From Nannocystis bainbridge (GTDB taxonomy: Bacteria; Myxococcota_A; Polyangia; Nannocystales; Nannocystaceae), in assembly GCF_028368995.1 (NCBI RefSeq), contig NZ_JAQNDL010000002.1:1920001-1984000 (forward strand): a DNA stretch of 64,000 nucleotides. Reading direction: 5' to 3'. Positions 9,849 through 20,520 of the stretch are shown here, piece after piece. Below the pieces are notes generated by a model that was not told the origin of the DNA, did not search any database, and saw nothing but the letters and a program-made list of their open reading frames with translations. The position numbers and the translations under genes are program-made. Within the stretch, counting starts at the first letter, position 1; each line of letters opens with the position of its first letter.

Positions 9849-10390
9849 CCGATCCGGCGCCACCTCCCGGCCTGACGGCCGGCGACGTCGAGCAGCTGTT
9901 CCTGCAGATGGAGCGCCCGCTCTTCAACGTCGTCTACCGCTGGTTGTGGGACCGCGACGAGTCCGCCGAGCTGGTCCAGGAGACCTTCGCCCGGCTCTGG
10001 CAGGCTCGCGCTCGCGTGCGACCCGACACCGCCGGCGCCTTCGTCTACCGGATCGCCGTCAACCTCGCGGCCAGCCGCCGCCGCTGGCGAGCGCTGCGGC
10101 GCTTCGTCGCCCTCGACGACAGCTCGCCCGACCTCGGCGTCCAGCCCGACCTCGCCATCCTCGGCGCCGAGCGGGCCGCCGCCGTGCGGGCCGCCGTCGA
10201 CGCCTTGCCCGAGAAGCTGCGGCGCGTGCTCGTCCTCTGCGAGCTGTCCGACCTCACCTACGCCGACGTCGCCGCCGCCCTCGAGATCCCCGTCGGCACT
10301 GTCGGCTCGCGCCGCCACGCCGCCGCCGAACAAGTCCGCCGCCACCTCCAGGCCCAGGAGCACCGCCGTGAAGCCACCGTCCGAAGATGA
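9845..10390 (+). CDS. ECF RNA polymerase sigma-70 factor
   Basis: Region 2 ELVQETFARLW...VYRIAVN; region 4 LPEKLRRVLVL...TYADVAAALEIPVGTVGSR. Confidence 0.92.
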   Translation: MTDPAPPPGLTAGDVEQLFLQMERPLFNVVYRWLWDRDESAELVQETFARLWQARARVRPDTAGAFVYRIAVNLAASRRRWRALRRFVALDDSSPDLGVQPDLAILGAERAAAVRAAVDALPEKLRRVLVLCELSDLTYADVAAALEIPVGTVGSRRHAAAEQVRRHLQAQEHRREATVRR

Positions 10391-10775
10391 CCTGAAGGAC
10401 ATGTTCGTCGTCCTCGACCCGCCGCCCGGCGGCCTCGCGCGCCTGCGAGCCCGCCGCGACGCGCCTGTCCGCGCCCGCTGGCCGTGGCTGCTCGCCGGCG
10501 CCGGCCTCGCCACGGCCGCGGCCGTGCTCGCCCTGTCGCTCCGCCCCGTCGAAGTCCCGGCGCCGCTCCCCGCGCCCGTGGCTGCACCGGTCGACCTCAT
10601 CGCCGGCCGCACCGACCTCCACCCCGCGTGGATCGGCCTCGGCCGCGTCGCCCCGCCCACCGAGCCGCTGCAGCTCGCCCCCGAGCTCGGCGGCGCCCTC
10701 GCCTCCCGCCGCGTCGCCCTGCCGCGCCAGGACGTCGTCCTCTACATGCTCGACCCCAAGGGACATGCCCCATGA
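10368..10775 (+). CDS. Putative membrane anti-sigma factor
   Basis: Overlaps the ECF gene 3' end; single TM WPWLLAGAGLATAAAVLALSL. Confidence 0.6.
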   Translation: MKPPSEDDLKDMFVVLDPPPGGLARLRARRDAPVRARWPWLLAGAGLATAAAVLALSLRPVEVPAPLPAPVAAPVDLIAGRTDLHPAWIGLGRVAPPTEPLQLAPELGGALASRRVALPRQDVVLYMLDPKGHAP

Positions 10776-10823
10776 ACCATGTCCGAAACGACATGTCGCA
10801 TTCGACATGTCCCCATGTTCACG
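10764..10823. repeat. 14-bp-phased CATG array
   Basis: CATG at 10764, 10778, 10792, 10806, then CACG 10820; spans the junction of convergent genes. Confidence 0.9.
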
Positions 10824-11670
10824 CGCCCCGCTCGCCTGCGTCCCCGCGCCGGCCGAAGAACAGCAGCAGGTGCAGCAGCATCAGCGCGTGGAACAGCAGC
10901 GACACCCGCATCGATCCGGCGATCCCCGCGTGCAGCAGCACCAGCCCCGCCGCCGCCGCCGGGCGCGTGCGGGCGAACCACAGCCCGAACCCGATCGCCA
11001 GCTCGAGCGCGATCGTCGACCACGCCAGCAACAGCGCCAGCCCGGGCGTCAGCGGCAGCCACGCCGACAGCAGGTGCTGGCCCTGGTGCGCCGAGCGGAA
11101 CACCAGCACCACCGCCTCGCCGGTCCACCAGGATGTCCCTCCGGCCAGCTTCGACAGCGCCGCGAACACGTACACCGCCGACAGCTGCAGCATCATCAAG
11201 CGCGCCGCCCAGCGCGGCCCGCGGGGGCCAGTCGGCGCCGCTGCCACGAACCCCCACTGCAGCGCCGCCAGCTCCGCGTAGGCCCGCGGCGCGCTCGCCT
11301 CGAGCCCCACCAGCAGCGCGAACACGGCCGCCGTCGCCACCCGCGCCGCCCGGCCTCCGCGCCCGGCCGCCACCGTCGCCGCCGCCGCCAGCAGCACCAC
11401 CAGCAGCCCGGTGACAAGCTCCGGCGGCGGCACCCAGCCGCCGAGCACCGCGTCGAGTCGGCCGTCGCGCAGCACCGGCCGGCTGTAAAGCTCCACCCGG
11501 TGCGGCCACTGCGTCAGCGCGTACGCACCTGTCCACAAGGCCAGGCCGCGAGCGAACCGCTGCGTCCGCCCCGTCGCCTCCTCGGCGAAGAAGAACCGCA
11601 ACAGCCGCCCCGGCTCGCGCCGCGGCCGCTCGGGCCCCGCGAACACCGGCAGCTCCGCCGCCTCAGCCAC
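10819..11670 (-). CDS. HTTM domain membrane protein
   Basis: RLMMLQLSAVYVFAALSKL...WWTGEAV...LELAIG...LLHAGI pattern; multiple TMs. Confidence 0.8.
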   Translation of the reverse strand: MAEAAELPVFAGPERPRREPGRLLRFFFAEEATGRTQRFARGLALWTGAYALTQWPHRVELYSRPVLRDGRLDAVLGGWVPPPELVTGLLVVLLAAAATVAAGRGGRAARVATAAVFALLVGLEASAPRAYAELAALQWGFVAAAPTGPRGPRWAARLMMLQLSAVYVFAALSKLAGGTSWWTGEAVVLVFRSAHQGQHLLSAWLPLTPGLALLLAWSTIALELAIGFGLWFARTRPAAAAGLVLLHAGIAGSMRVSLLFHALMLLHLLLFFGRRGDAGERGA

Positions 11671-12112
11671 CGTCCACCTTGTACTGCCCGATCGTCGCCG
11701 CCCCGGTCGACTCGTCCCGCAGGTCGCGCCAGCGCCGGACCAGCCGCACCTTGTCGATCGGCTGCCCGTCGGCGGCCATGCGCGCCGCCAGCCACGTTGC
11801 GAACGTCTGCCGCCCGGCCAGGCGCCCCGGTTCGAACACCGTCGCGCTGTACTCGTACGCCCGCTCGCCCGTCGCCCCGCGCGTGTGCTCGAAGTACTGC
11901 TCGAGCGGGATCGGCACCCACGTCCCGTCGGCCGTGCGCCCCTCCGCCGTCAGCGTGCGCTCGACCGGCGACGGATCGCTGAACATCCGCCACGGCAACG
12001 GCGCCCCCAGCGGCGGCGGCAGCGGCAGCAGCCCGCGCACCAGCGCGAGCGCCTGCACCGCCAGCCACACCGCGACGACCACGACCGCCAGCCTGTGTGG
12101 TTGTTCGGACAT
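11663..12112 (-). CDS. Membrane-anchored partner of the HTTM protein
   Basis: N-terminal TM then PWRMFS motif; overlaps the HTTM gene start by 8 bp. Confidence 0.65.
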   Translation of the reverse strand: MSEQPHRLAVVVVAVWLAVQALALVRGLLPLPPPLGAPLPWRMFSDPSPVERTLTAEGRTADGTWVPIPLEQYFEHTRGATGERAYEYSATVFEPGRLAGRQTFATWLAARMAADGQPIDKVRLVRRWRDLRDESTGAATIGQYKVDGG

Positions 12113-12141
12113 GTCCCGAAATTCATGCCCCTACGGGCAGG
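12110..12141. repeat. Short 14-bp-phased array overlapping a start codon
   Basis: CATG 12110 (start codon of 11663..12112), CATG 12124, CAGG 12138. Confidence 0.75.
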
Positions 12142-12150
12142 TCAGGCCGC

Positions 12151-13086
12151 TCAGCCCTGCTTGACGCCGATGGTCTCGCTCTCGGGCGCCGCCTCGTACC
12201 ACGGCAGCCCGGCCTCTTCGCTGTGCTGCAGCTCCGAGATGATCTGCGCCCCGAGCAGGATGATGAGCGTGCCGATCTCGAGCGTCAACAGGGCGATGAT
12301 CACCGTGGCCAGCGAGCCGTAGACCACGTTCACCAGCGAGATCTTGGAGAAGTAGACCATCAGCGCCCGGCGCAGCACGTCCCACAGCAGCGCCGCCGCC
12401 ACCCCGCCGGTCAGCGCCCGCCGCCACGACACCTCGGTGATCGGCATGACGCGGTAGGCCGCGGTGAACATGAAGATCAGCGTGACGATGCCGCTCAGCT
12501 TGAGCACGAACGCCGGACCTGACCCGAGAGCCAGCTGATAGCCGAACAGCATCAACTCGGCATCCGCCAGCCGCTCGAGCAGCGCCACCAGGATCGTCAA
12601 GATCAGCAGGCCGCCGGCGATCGCTACGATGAAGATGTAAGGCAACAGCGCCGACATCCAGAAGCTGCGCTTCCGGCGGGCCCGGCTGCGGGCGAAGATC
12701 ACCGCCAGCGCGCCCTCGAGCATCTTGAACGCCCACGTGCTGAAGAACAGCATCACCCCGAGCCCGATCCCGCCGACCAGGTCGCGGTTGTCGAGCAGGC
12801 TGACGACCTCGCCGATGATCACGTCGGCCTGGTTGGGGATCAGGAGGTTGAGCTCGTGGCTGACGATCTCGGTCAGCTGCTCGACGTCCCACACGTGGGT
12901 CAGCGCCACCAGCACCACCGCCATCATCGGCACGATCGAGAGCAGCGCGTTGTAGGCGACCCCGCCGGCCAGCAGCAGCGCCTTGTTCTTGCCGAGGTGA
13001 CGCAGCACCCGCAGCAGAAAATGGCCGAGCCGCCGGGACAGCAGCGAGGCGGCTGCGAGCGCAGCGGAATAGCGGCCTTCAGGCAT
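12151..13086 (-). CDS. YihY/virulence factor BrkB family membrane protein
   Basis: AGGVAYNALLSIVP, YRVMP, NVVYGSLATVII motifs. Confidence 0.9.
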   Translation of the reverse strand: MPEGRYSAALAAASLLSRRLGHFLLRVLRHLGKNKALLLAGGVAYNALLSIVPMMAVVLVALTHVWDVEQLTEIVSHELNLLIPNQADVIIGEVVSLLDNRDLVGGIGLGVMLFFSTWAFKMLEGALAVIFARSRARRKRSFWMSALLPYIFIVAIAGGLLILTILVALLERLADAELMLFGYQLALGSGPAFVLKLSGIVTLIFMFTAAYRVMPITEVSWRRALTGGVAAALLWDVLRRALMVYFSKISLVNVVYGSLATVIIALLTLEIGTLIILLGAQIISELQHSEEAGLPWYEAAPESETIGVKQG

Positions 13087-13202
13087 CGGGCGCGGCTACC
13101 ATACGCCGTTTTACGCGGTTCGGGCACCGCGCCGGGTCACGCCGTGACCGGGCGGGCGGGCTTTTCTCCGCCCGCGCGGCCTGCTATGCCGCGCCCCGGC
13201 GC

Positions 13203-14075
13203 ATGAACTACCGTCATGAATTTCACGCGGGCAACGCCGCGGACGTGTTCAAGCACGTGGTCTTGCTGCAGCTCGTGCGCCGCCTCCAGCACAAACCCGC
13301 CCCGCTCTGCTACGTCGACACCCACGCCGGGCGCGGCCGCTACGTGCTGGATCAGGGGGGCGCCGCGCGTTCGCGCGAATTTCAGCGCGGCATCGCCCGG
13401 CTGTGGGCCTCGCGCGGCGCGGCGGACCTGCCGCCCGAAATTGCCGATTACCTCGCGCGCGTCGCCGAACTCAACACCAGCGGCGCACTCGCCACCTATC
13501 CTGGCTCGCCGCGGCTGGTCCGGTCGATCTTGCGACCTGACGATCGCATGATCCTGTGCGAGCTCCAGCCCGCGGAGGCCGCCGCTTTGCGCGACGAGTT
13601 CAGCGTGCGCGGCGACCACCGCCCGCGGCGCGATCCGCAGGTGGCGGTCCACGAGCGCGACGGCTACGAGGCCCTCGCCGCCTTGTTGCCGCCGACCCCG
13701 CGCCGCGGCCTCGTCCTCATCGATCCGCCGTACGAGCGCCCCGACGAATTCGCCGCCGCCCTCGCCGCCCTGGAGCTCGCGCGCCGGCGCTGGCCGCAGG
13801 CCTGCGCCGCCTTGTGGTACCCGATCAAGGGTCCGCTCGCCGCCACCTTGCTGCACGCCGCCGTGCTGCGCGCCGGCCTGCGCGACGTCCTGAGCGTCGA
13901 GCTGCGGACGAGGCCTGACGACCCCGCCGTGCTCAGCGGTTCCGGGCTGATCCTCGCCGGCGCCCCCTGGCAGACCGACACCGTGCTCGGCGCGCTCTTG
14001 CCCCGGCTCGCCGCGCTCCTGGCCGAGGACGAGTTCCCCGGCGACGCCCGCGTCGACTGGCTGGTCCCGCCCTGA
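13203..14075 (+). CDS. rlmJ: 23S rRNA (adenine2030-N6)-methyltransferase
   Basis: MNYRHEFHAGNAADVFKH, DTHAGRG, YPGSP, LIDPPYE, WYPIK. Confidence 0.95.
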   Translation: MNYRHEFHAGNAADVFKHVVLLQLVRRLQHKPAPLCYVDTHAGRGRYVLDQGGAARSREFQRGIARLWASRGAADLPPEIADYLARVAELNTSGALATYPGSPRLVRSILRPDDRMILCELQPAEAAALRDEFSVRGDHRPRRDPQVAVHERDGYEALAALLPPTPRRGLVLIDPPYERPDEFAAALAALELARRRWPQACAALWYPIKGPLAATLLHAAVLRAGLRDVLSVELRTRPDDPAVLSGSGLILAGAPWQTDTVLGALLPRLAALLAEDEFPGDARVDWLVPP

Positions 14076-14087
14076 TACGGTGCAGGC

Positions 14088-14678
14088 ATGGACGTCGCCC
14101 CCTGTGCGTTCTGCGAACTCCCGCACACAAGTGACAACCTCCGCCGCGACTACGAGCTCGACTTCTGCGAACGCTGCGCCGAAGGCCACGCCGAGGTCGC
14201 GCTGCGCGAGCGAGGCCACACCATCGTGTCGCGCGAGTGGCAGACGCGCGAGCGCGTCGGCAGCGACTTCTACACCTTCTATCACTACTCGATCACCGCA
14301 CGCCCGCGCGTCAGCCTGTCGTTCCGCGCCAGCTTCGCCCGCGAGAGCACCCTCGATCGCATGATCAAGGTGTTCCGCCGCGACCTCACCGTGGGCGACC
14401 CGCTGTTCGACGACTTCATCTACATCAGCACGCGCGACCGGGCCCAGGTCACCCTGATGCTCGACAGCACCGGCACCCAGGCGACCTTGATGGACCTCGT
14501 CAGCCGCTTCAGCAGCGTGTTCTTCGACGGCGGCGCCTTCGAGGTCCGCGAGCGCGGCACCGAGTCGATCAGCCCCGACCTCCCCGCCATGCTGTCGGTA
14601 GCCGCCATGCTCGTCCACCTCGAGCGCGCCGCCGAGGCCGCCGCCGCCCCGCCGACCGCGACGCCCGCTGAGACCTGA
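14088..14678 (+). CDS. Hypothetical protein with N-terminal CxxC...CxxC
   Basis: CAFC...CERC; GC3-rich frame directly after rlmJ. Confidence 0.7.
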   Translation: MDVAPCAFCELPHTSDNLRRDYELDFCERCAEGHAEVALRERGHTIVSREWQTRERVGSDFYTFYHYSITARPRVSLSFRASFARESTLDRMIKVFRRDLTVGDPLFDDFIYISTRDRAQVTLMLDSTGTQATLMDLVSRFSSVFFDGGAFEVRERGTESISPDLPAMLSVAAMLVHLERAAEAAAAPPTATPAET

Positions 14679-14831
14679 GCCTGCCGGCATGTCGCCCGGG
14701 ACATGTCCTCGGGCCCATGTACGAACGCGCATGTCCGCAAGGACATGCCCGAACGCGCATGTTCTCCAGGACATGCACGAACGAGCATGTCCGCGAGGAC
14801 ATGCTCGTTCCGTCAGGCCCCTCGAGGCAGG
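14674..14831. repeat. Longest 14-bp-phased CATG array (12 nodes)
   Basis: CCTG 14674; CATG 14688, 14702, 14716, 14730, 14744, 14758, 14772, 14786, 14800; CAGG 14814, 14828; fills the gap between convergent genes. Confidence 0.95.
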
Positions 14832-14832
14832 C

Positions 14833-15630
14833 TCAGACCCGCCGGGTCCCGCCGCGCAGCGCCGCCACCAGCTCGCCCAGGGCCGCCGGGCCGCGCTGTC
14901 CGGCCTCGACCAGCGCCGAGCCGACCACCACGCCGTCGGCGTGCCGGGCCAGCGCGCGCACGTCCTCGGCCTTGCGCACGCCGAAGCCGACCACGATCGG
15001 CAGCGAGCTCGCGCCGCGCAGCGTCGCCAGCCCCGCGTGCAGGCCGGCGTCGCTCGCGTCGAGCGGCGCCCCCGTCACGCCGGTGAGGCTCACCGCGTAG
15101 ACGAACCCGCTGCTGGCCGCCAGCACGCGCGCGCGGCGGGCCGGCGTGGTCGTCGGCGCGACCAGCCCGATCCATCCGAGCCCGCGGGCGCTCGCCGGTC
15201 CGCGCAGCACCTCCGCGTGCTCCGGCGGCATGTCGACCACCAGCAGCGCGTCGACCCCCGCCTCGGCTGTCTCTCGGGCCAGGCGCTCCGGCCCGAAGCT
15301 GACCAGCGGGTTCGCGTACGAGAACAGCACGATCGGCAGCTCGAAGCGCTGACGGATCTCCGCCGCCAGCGCCAACGAGCCCGCCATGGACGCCCCGCTG
15401 GCCAGCGCGCGGGTCATCGCCGCCTGGATCGTCGGGCCGTCGGCCGCCGGATCGGAGAACGGTACCCCGAGCTCGAGCACGTCGAGCCCGGCCTCGCAGG
15501 CGGCGAAGATCCGCTCGCGCGAGCCGGCGCGATCCGGATCGAACCCGGTCAGGTAACCGACCAGGGCCGCGCGGTCCTCCGCGCGCGCCCGGGCGAACGC
15601 AGCCGTGACGCGATCCACTCCGGCGCTCAT
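14833..15630 (-). CDS. trpA: Tryptophan synthase alpha subunit
   Basis: [38 protein letters not shown]. Confidence 0.97.
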   Translation of the reverse strand: MSAGVDRVTAAFARARAEDRAALVGYLTGFDPDRAGSRERIFAACEAGLDVLELGVPFSDPAADGPTIQAAMTRALASGASMAGSLALAAEIRQRFELPIVLFSYANPLVSFGPERLARETAEAGVDALLVVDMPPEHAEVLRGPASARGLGWIGLVAPTTTPARRARVLAASSGFVYAVSLTGVTGAPLDASDAGLHAGLATLRGASSLPIVVGFGVRKAEDVRALARHADGVVVGSALVEAGQRGPAALGELVAALRGGTRRV

Positions 15631-16943
15631 GTCCCCTCCTTGCGCTCGCCGCTCGCCGCGGCCGCTTGATGGGCCGCGCGGGCCGCCTTGCGCCCCTGCT
15701 CCGCCTCCTCGATGAGCGACAGCGTCGCCGGATCGAGGTGCGTCATCACCGTGTGCATGTCCTTGTCACCGCGGCCCGAGACGTTGACGAGCACCACCGC
15801 CTCCGGCCCGAGCTCGCGGATCACCGCCGGCAGGGCAGCGATCGCGTGGGCGGTCTCGAGCGCCGGGATGATGCCCTCGGTGCGGGCCAGCAGCTCGGTG
15901 GCCGCCAGCGCCTCGCGGTCGGAGATCCCCAGGTAGCGCGCGCGCCCGGTCGCGTGCAGGTGCGCGTGCTCGGGGCCGATTCCCGGGTAGTCGAGCCCGG
16001 CCGAGATCGAGTGGGCCTCGAGCAGCTGGCCGTCGTCGGTCTGCAGGACCAGGCTGCGCATCCCGTGGAACACGCCGATCCGGCCCTTCGCCATCGTCGC
16101 CGCGTGCCGGCCCTGCAGCCCCTCGCCGGTCGCCTCGACCCCGAACAGCTGAACCGCCTTGTCGGGCACGAACGCCGCGAACAGCCCCATCGCGTTCGAG
16201 CCGCCGCCGACGCACGCCACCGCCGCGTCGGGCAGGCGGCCGATCCGGTCGAGGATCTGCGCCCGCGCCTCGTCGCCGATCACCCGCTGCAGCTCGCGCA
16301 CCATCAGCGGGTACGGGTCGGGGCCCATCACGCTGCCGATCACGTAGTGCGTGTCGGCCACGCTGGCGACCCAGTCGCGCAGCGCCGCGTTGATCGCGTC
16401 CTTCAAGGTCGCCGACCCGCTCGTCACCGGCCGGACCTCGGCTCCGAGCAGGCGCATCCGCACCACGTTCAGCGCCTGGCGGGACACGTCCTCGGCGCCC
16501 ATGTACACCGTGCACGGCATCCCGAAGTACGCGCAGGCCGTCGCCGTCGCCACCCCGTGCTGCCCCGCCCCTGTCTCGGCGATGATGCGGGTCTTGCCGA
16601 GCCGACGGGCCAGCAGCACCTGGCCGATGCAGTTGTTGATCTTGTGCGCCCCGGTGTGGTTCAGGTCCTCGCGCTTGAGGAAGATCCGCCCGCCGCCGAC
16701 CGCCGCCGGCAGCCGGCGCGCCTCCGTCAGCGGCGTCGGTCGACCCACGTAGTCGCGGAGGATCGCCCGGTACTCGTCGACGAACGCCGGATCGGTCCAG
16801 GCCTGCGGCCACGCGCGGGCCAGCTCCTCGACCGCCGGCATCAGCGTCTCGGCCACATAGCGCCCGCCGAACTCACCGAATTCACCCAGCAGCTCGGGCG
16901 GGCCGCGGAGCAGGTTGTCATCCTCGGGGTGTACCGCGGTCAT
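15627..16943 (-). CDS. trpB: Tryptophan synthase beta subunit
   Basis: [47 protein letters not shown]; start taken at ATG 16943. Confidence 0.97.
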   Translation of the reverse strand: MTAVHPEDDNLLRGPPELLGEFGEFGGRYVAETLMPAVEELARAWPQAWTDPAFVDEYRAILRDYVGRPTPLTEARRLPAAVGGGRIFLKREDLNHTGAHKINNCIGQVLLARRLGKTRIIAETGAGQHGVATATACAYFGMPCTVYMGAEDVSRQALNVVRMRLLGAEVRPVTSGSATLKDAINAALRDWVASVADTHYVIGSVMGPDPYPLMVRELQRVIGDEARAQILDRIGRLPDAAVACVGGGSNAMGLFAAFVPDKAVQLFGVEATGEGLQGRHAATMAKGRIGVFHGMRSLVLQTDDGQLLEAHSISAGLDYPGIGPEHAHLHATGRARYLGISDREALAATELLARTEGIIPALETAHAIAALPAVIRELGPEAVVLVNVSGRGDKDMHTVMTHLDPATLSLIEEAEQGRKAARAAHQAAAASGERKEGT

Positions 16944-17202
16944 GCGCCGGGGGATGGTAACACCGATCGTGAAGCCCCCTGCGCGGGCGCTATCGCCACC
17001 GCCGCGCTGGCCCGCGCACTCACCTGTCCCAAAGTTCAGCTCGTACCCGTGACCACCGCCAGCGGTCCAGGCGCCAGCTCTGCATTCGGGGTCTATCAAC
17101 CTCGCAAAGAGGCCGATAAACCCCAGGGCGAATCGCGGCTGGACCTCGGGGTCTTGCCGGCGTCGCCTCTTCTACCCGCGTGAATGGGATATCGTAGGAC
17201 CG

Positions 17203-18648
<1,446 letters not shown>

Positions 18649-18750
18649 GCCCCGGCGCAGCCCAGCCCAGGCCCGCGCCCTGAGCCCGACACTCGCGGTC
18701 GGGGCCATCCAAGCACGAGCGTGCCGCGCCCTCCGGCCCACCTCGTGCCG

Positions 18751-19167
18751 CACCACCTGTCTCTCGGACCAGAAGGTCCACGCACCAAGAATCTGTCCCT
18801 CGGGCCAGGTCCCATCGGAGCGGGTCTCTCGGTTGGATACCGACTGACCTGCCCCGCGAGTCAGAACGTCCCACGCCGACGACCTGGCCCTCGGGACAGC
18901 CCCGGGCGTACCGCCCACTGTCCGGCCCGCAACCTATCCCTCTGGCCAGGCTCGCCCGAACTCACCTGTCCCGCGGGCCAGCCTCACCCGCGAGCTCGCC
19001 CTCCTCTGTCCCTCTATCCCTCGGGCCAGACTCACCCGCGAGCTCTACCTCACCTGTCCCTCGGGCCAGCCTCGCCCGAAATCACCTGTCCCTCGGGCCA
19101 GCCTCGCCCGCGAGCTCGACCTCCCCAGTCCCCTCGGGCCAGCCTCGCCCGTGAGCTCGACCTCCCC
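18751..19167. repeat. About ten spaced copies of CCTGTCCCTCGGGCCAG
   Basis: Motif halves 14 bp apart starting at 18756, 18792, 18848, 18883, 18933, 18965, 19013, 19053, 19085, 19126, several followed by CCTCGCCCG(C)GAGCTC. Confidence 0.85.
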
Positions 19168-19312
19168 GTCTCGCGCACCGGCGCCCGGACGCCTCGCGCC
19201 CCTCTCCAGGATCGCCTCACGCGCATTCGCAGACCCAGACCGCTTCGCTGAAACTCGCTTGGCGCGCCGGGCATCATAGTGATATCATCACGACATCAAT
19301 CCGGAGCCCCGC

Positions 19313-20185
19313 ATGACCTCGATCCAGCAGAAGCGCGCTTTTTCGCTCAATGGTTTCATCGCTCTCTTCGTCTGGCTGGCCCTCGCCGCGTACGGCGCCA
19401 GCATGGTCGTCGATATCGCTCAGACCCAGGATGCCGACCGCGTGTGGCAGCCGATCGTCCTCGGCCTGGCCCTCCTGCTCGCGCTCGGCGGCTTCTTCGT
19501 CAACCAGCCCAACGAGGCGCGGGTCCTGGTCTTCTTCGGCCGCTACGTCGGCACCGTCGCCAGCGCTGGTTATCACTTCGCCAACCCGTTCGCCGCCAAG
19601 CACCCGGTCAGCTTGCGCGTCCACAACTTCAACAGCGAGAAGCTCAAGGTCAACGACGCCCGCGGCAACCCGATCGAGATCGCCGCCGTCATCGTCTGGC
19701 GCGTCACTGACAGCGCCAAGGCCTTGCTCGAGGTCGAGAACTACCGCGGCTTCGTCGCCATCCAGAGCGAGACCGCCATCCGCGCCGTCGCCACGCGCTT
19801 CCCCTACGACTCGCACGACGGCGAGGTCGCCCTGCGCAGCCACCAGGACGAGCTCAACGCCGGTCTGCAGCAGGAGGTCCAGGCCCGCCTCGACGTCGCC
19901 GGCCTCGAGGTCGTCGACTGCCGCCTCTCGCACCTCGCCTACGCCCCCGAGATCGCCCAGGCCATGCTGCGCCGCCAGCAGGCCGAGGCCGTCGTCGCCG
20001 CCCGCCGGCAGATCGTCGAGGGCGCCATCAGCATGGTCGAGATGAGCCTCCGCCGCCTCGACGAGCACGGCATCGTCCGCCTCGACGAGGAGCGCAAGGC
20101 CTCGATGGTCAACAACCTCCTGGTCGCCCTCGTCGCCGACCGCGAGGCCCAGCCGGTGATCAACACCGGCAGCCTCTACTCGTGA
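19313..20185 (+). CDS. SPFH (band 7) domain protein
   Basis: [51 protein letters not shown]. Confidence 0.92.
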   Translation: MTSIQQKRAFSLNGFIALFVWLALAAYGASMVVDIAQTQDADRVWQPIVLGLALLLALGGFFVNQPNEARVLVFFGRYVGTVASAGYHFANPFAAKHPVSLRVHNFNSEKLKVNDARGNPIEIAAVIVWRVTDSAKALLEVENYRGFVAIQSETAIRAVATRFPYDSHDGEVALRSHQDELNAGLQQEVQARLDVAGLEVVDCRLSHLAYAPEIAQAMLRRQQAEAVVAARRQIVEGAISMVEMSLRRLDEHGIVRLDEERKASMVNNLLVALVADREAQPVINTGSLYS

Positions 20186-20385
20186 GCCTCCCCATGGTCG
20201 AGAAGAAGCGCTTCCTGCTGCGGATCGACCCGGAGCTCCACGCCGCCCTCGAGCGCTGGGCGGCCGACGACCTGCGCAGCATCAACGGCCAGATCGAGTT
20301 CGTCCTCAAGGAGGCGCTGCGCGCCGGCGGCCGCTTCAAGGACCGCCCGGCCGACCCCTACCGCGCCAGCGTGGACGACGACTGA
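20182..20385 (+). CDS. Ribbon-helix-helix (Arc-like) DNA-binding protein
   Basis: KKRFLLRIDPELHAALERWAADDLRSINGQIEFVL; coupled to the SPFH gene; start at 20182 or 20194. Confidence 0.85.
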   Translation: MSLPMVEKKRFLLRIDPELHAALERWAADDLRSINGQIEFVLKEALRAGGRFKDRPADPYRASVDDD

Positions 20386-20410
20386 CGCACCGCCGGACCG
20401 CCGCGCGTGG

Positions 20411-20471
20411 CATGTCCCGAAAGACATGTCACTGCGCGCGCGGTCTGGTCTGACCTGTCCTTTCGCGCATG
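20411..20471. repeat. Two 14-bp-spaced motif pairs
   Basis: CATG 20411/20425 and CCTG 20454/CATG 20468; between convergent genes. Confidence 0.8.
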
Positions 20472-20520
20472 TCTCCTCGCGCTCCTGCGAGCGCGACGCG
20501 CGGGGGCTGAGCGGCGCGCT

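Noticed and set aside
13000-13560. Horizontal acquisition of rlmJ suggested by slightly more A/T-rich codons
   Set aside because: The effect is modest and confined to the 5' part, with no mobility genes or boundaries; it needs a codon-usage computation.
14674-14831. p53-like response elements (RRRCATGYYY decamers)
   Set aside because: GGACATGTCC fits the pattern, but this is bacterial DNA with a fixed 4-bp gap and no such factor is known; treated as coincidence.
14689-15669. ORFs reading through arrays (MS/TCP/GH-rich peptides, also at 27523, 31838, 34018, 40868, 63094)
   Set aside because: Their ATGs come from the CATG nodes and the peptides simply translate the repeat; most overlap real genes on the other strand.
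16944-17202. Trp attenuator or leader peptide upstream of trpB
   Set aside because: No short Trp-rich ORF or terminator with a U-tract was seen; the in-frame extension to 17099 looks like a spurious start.
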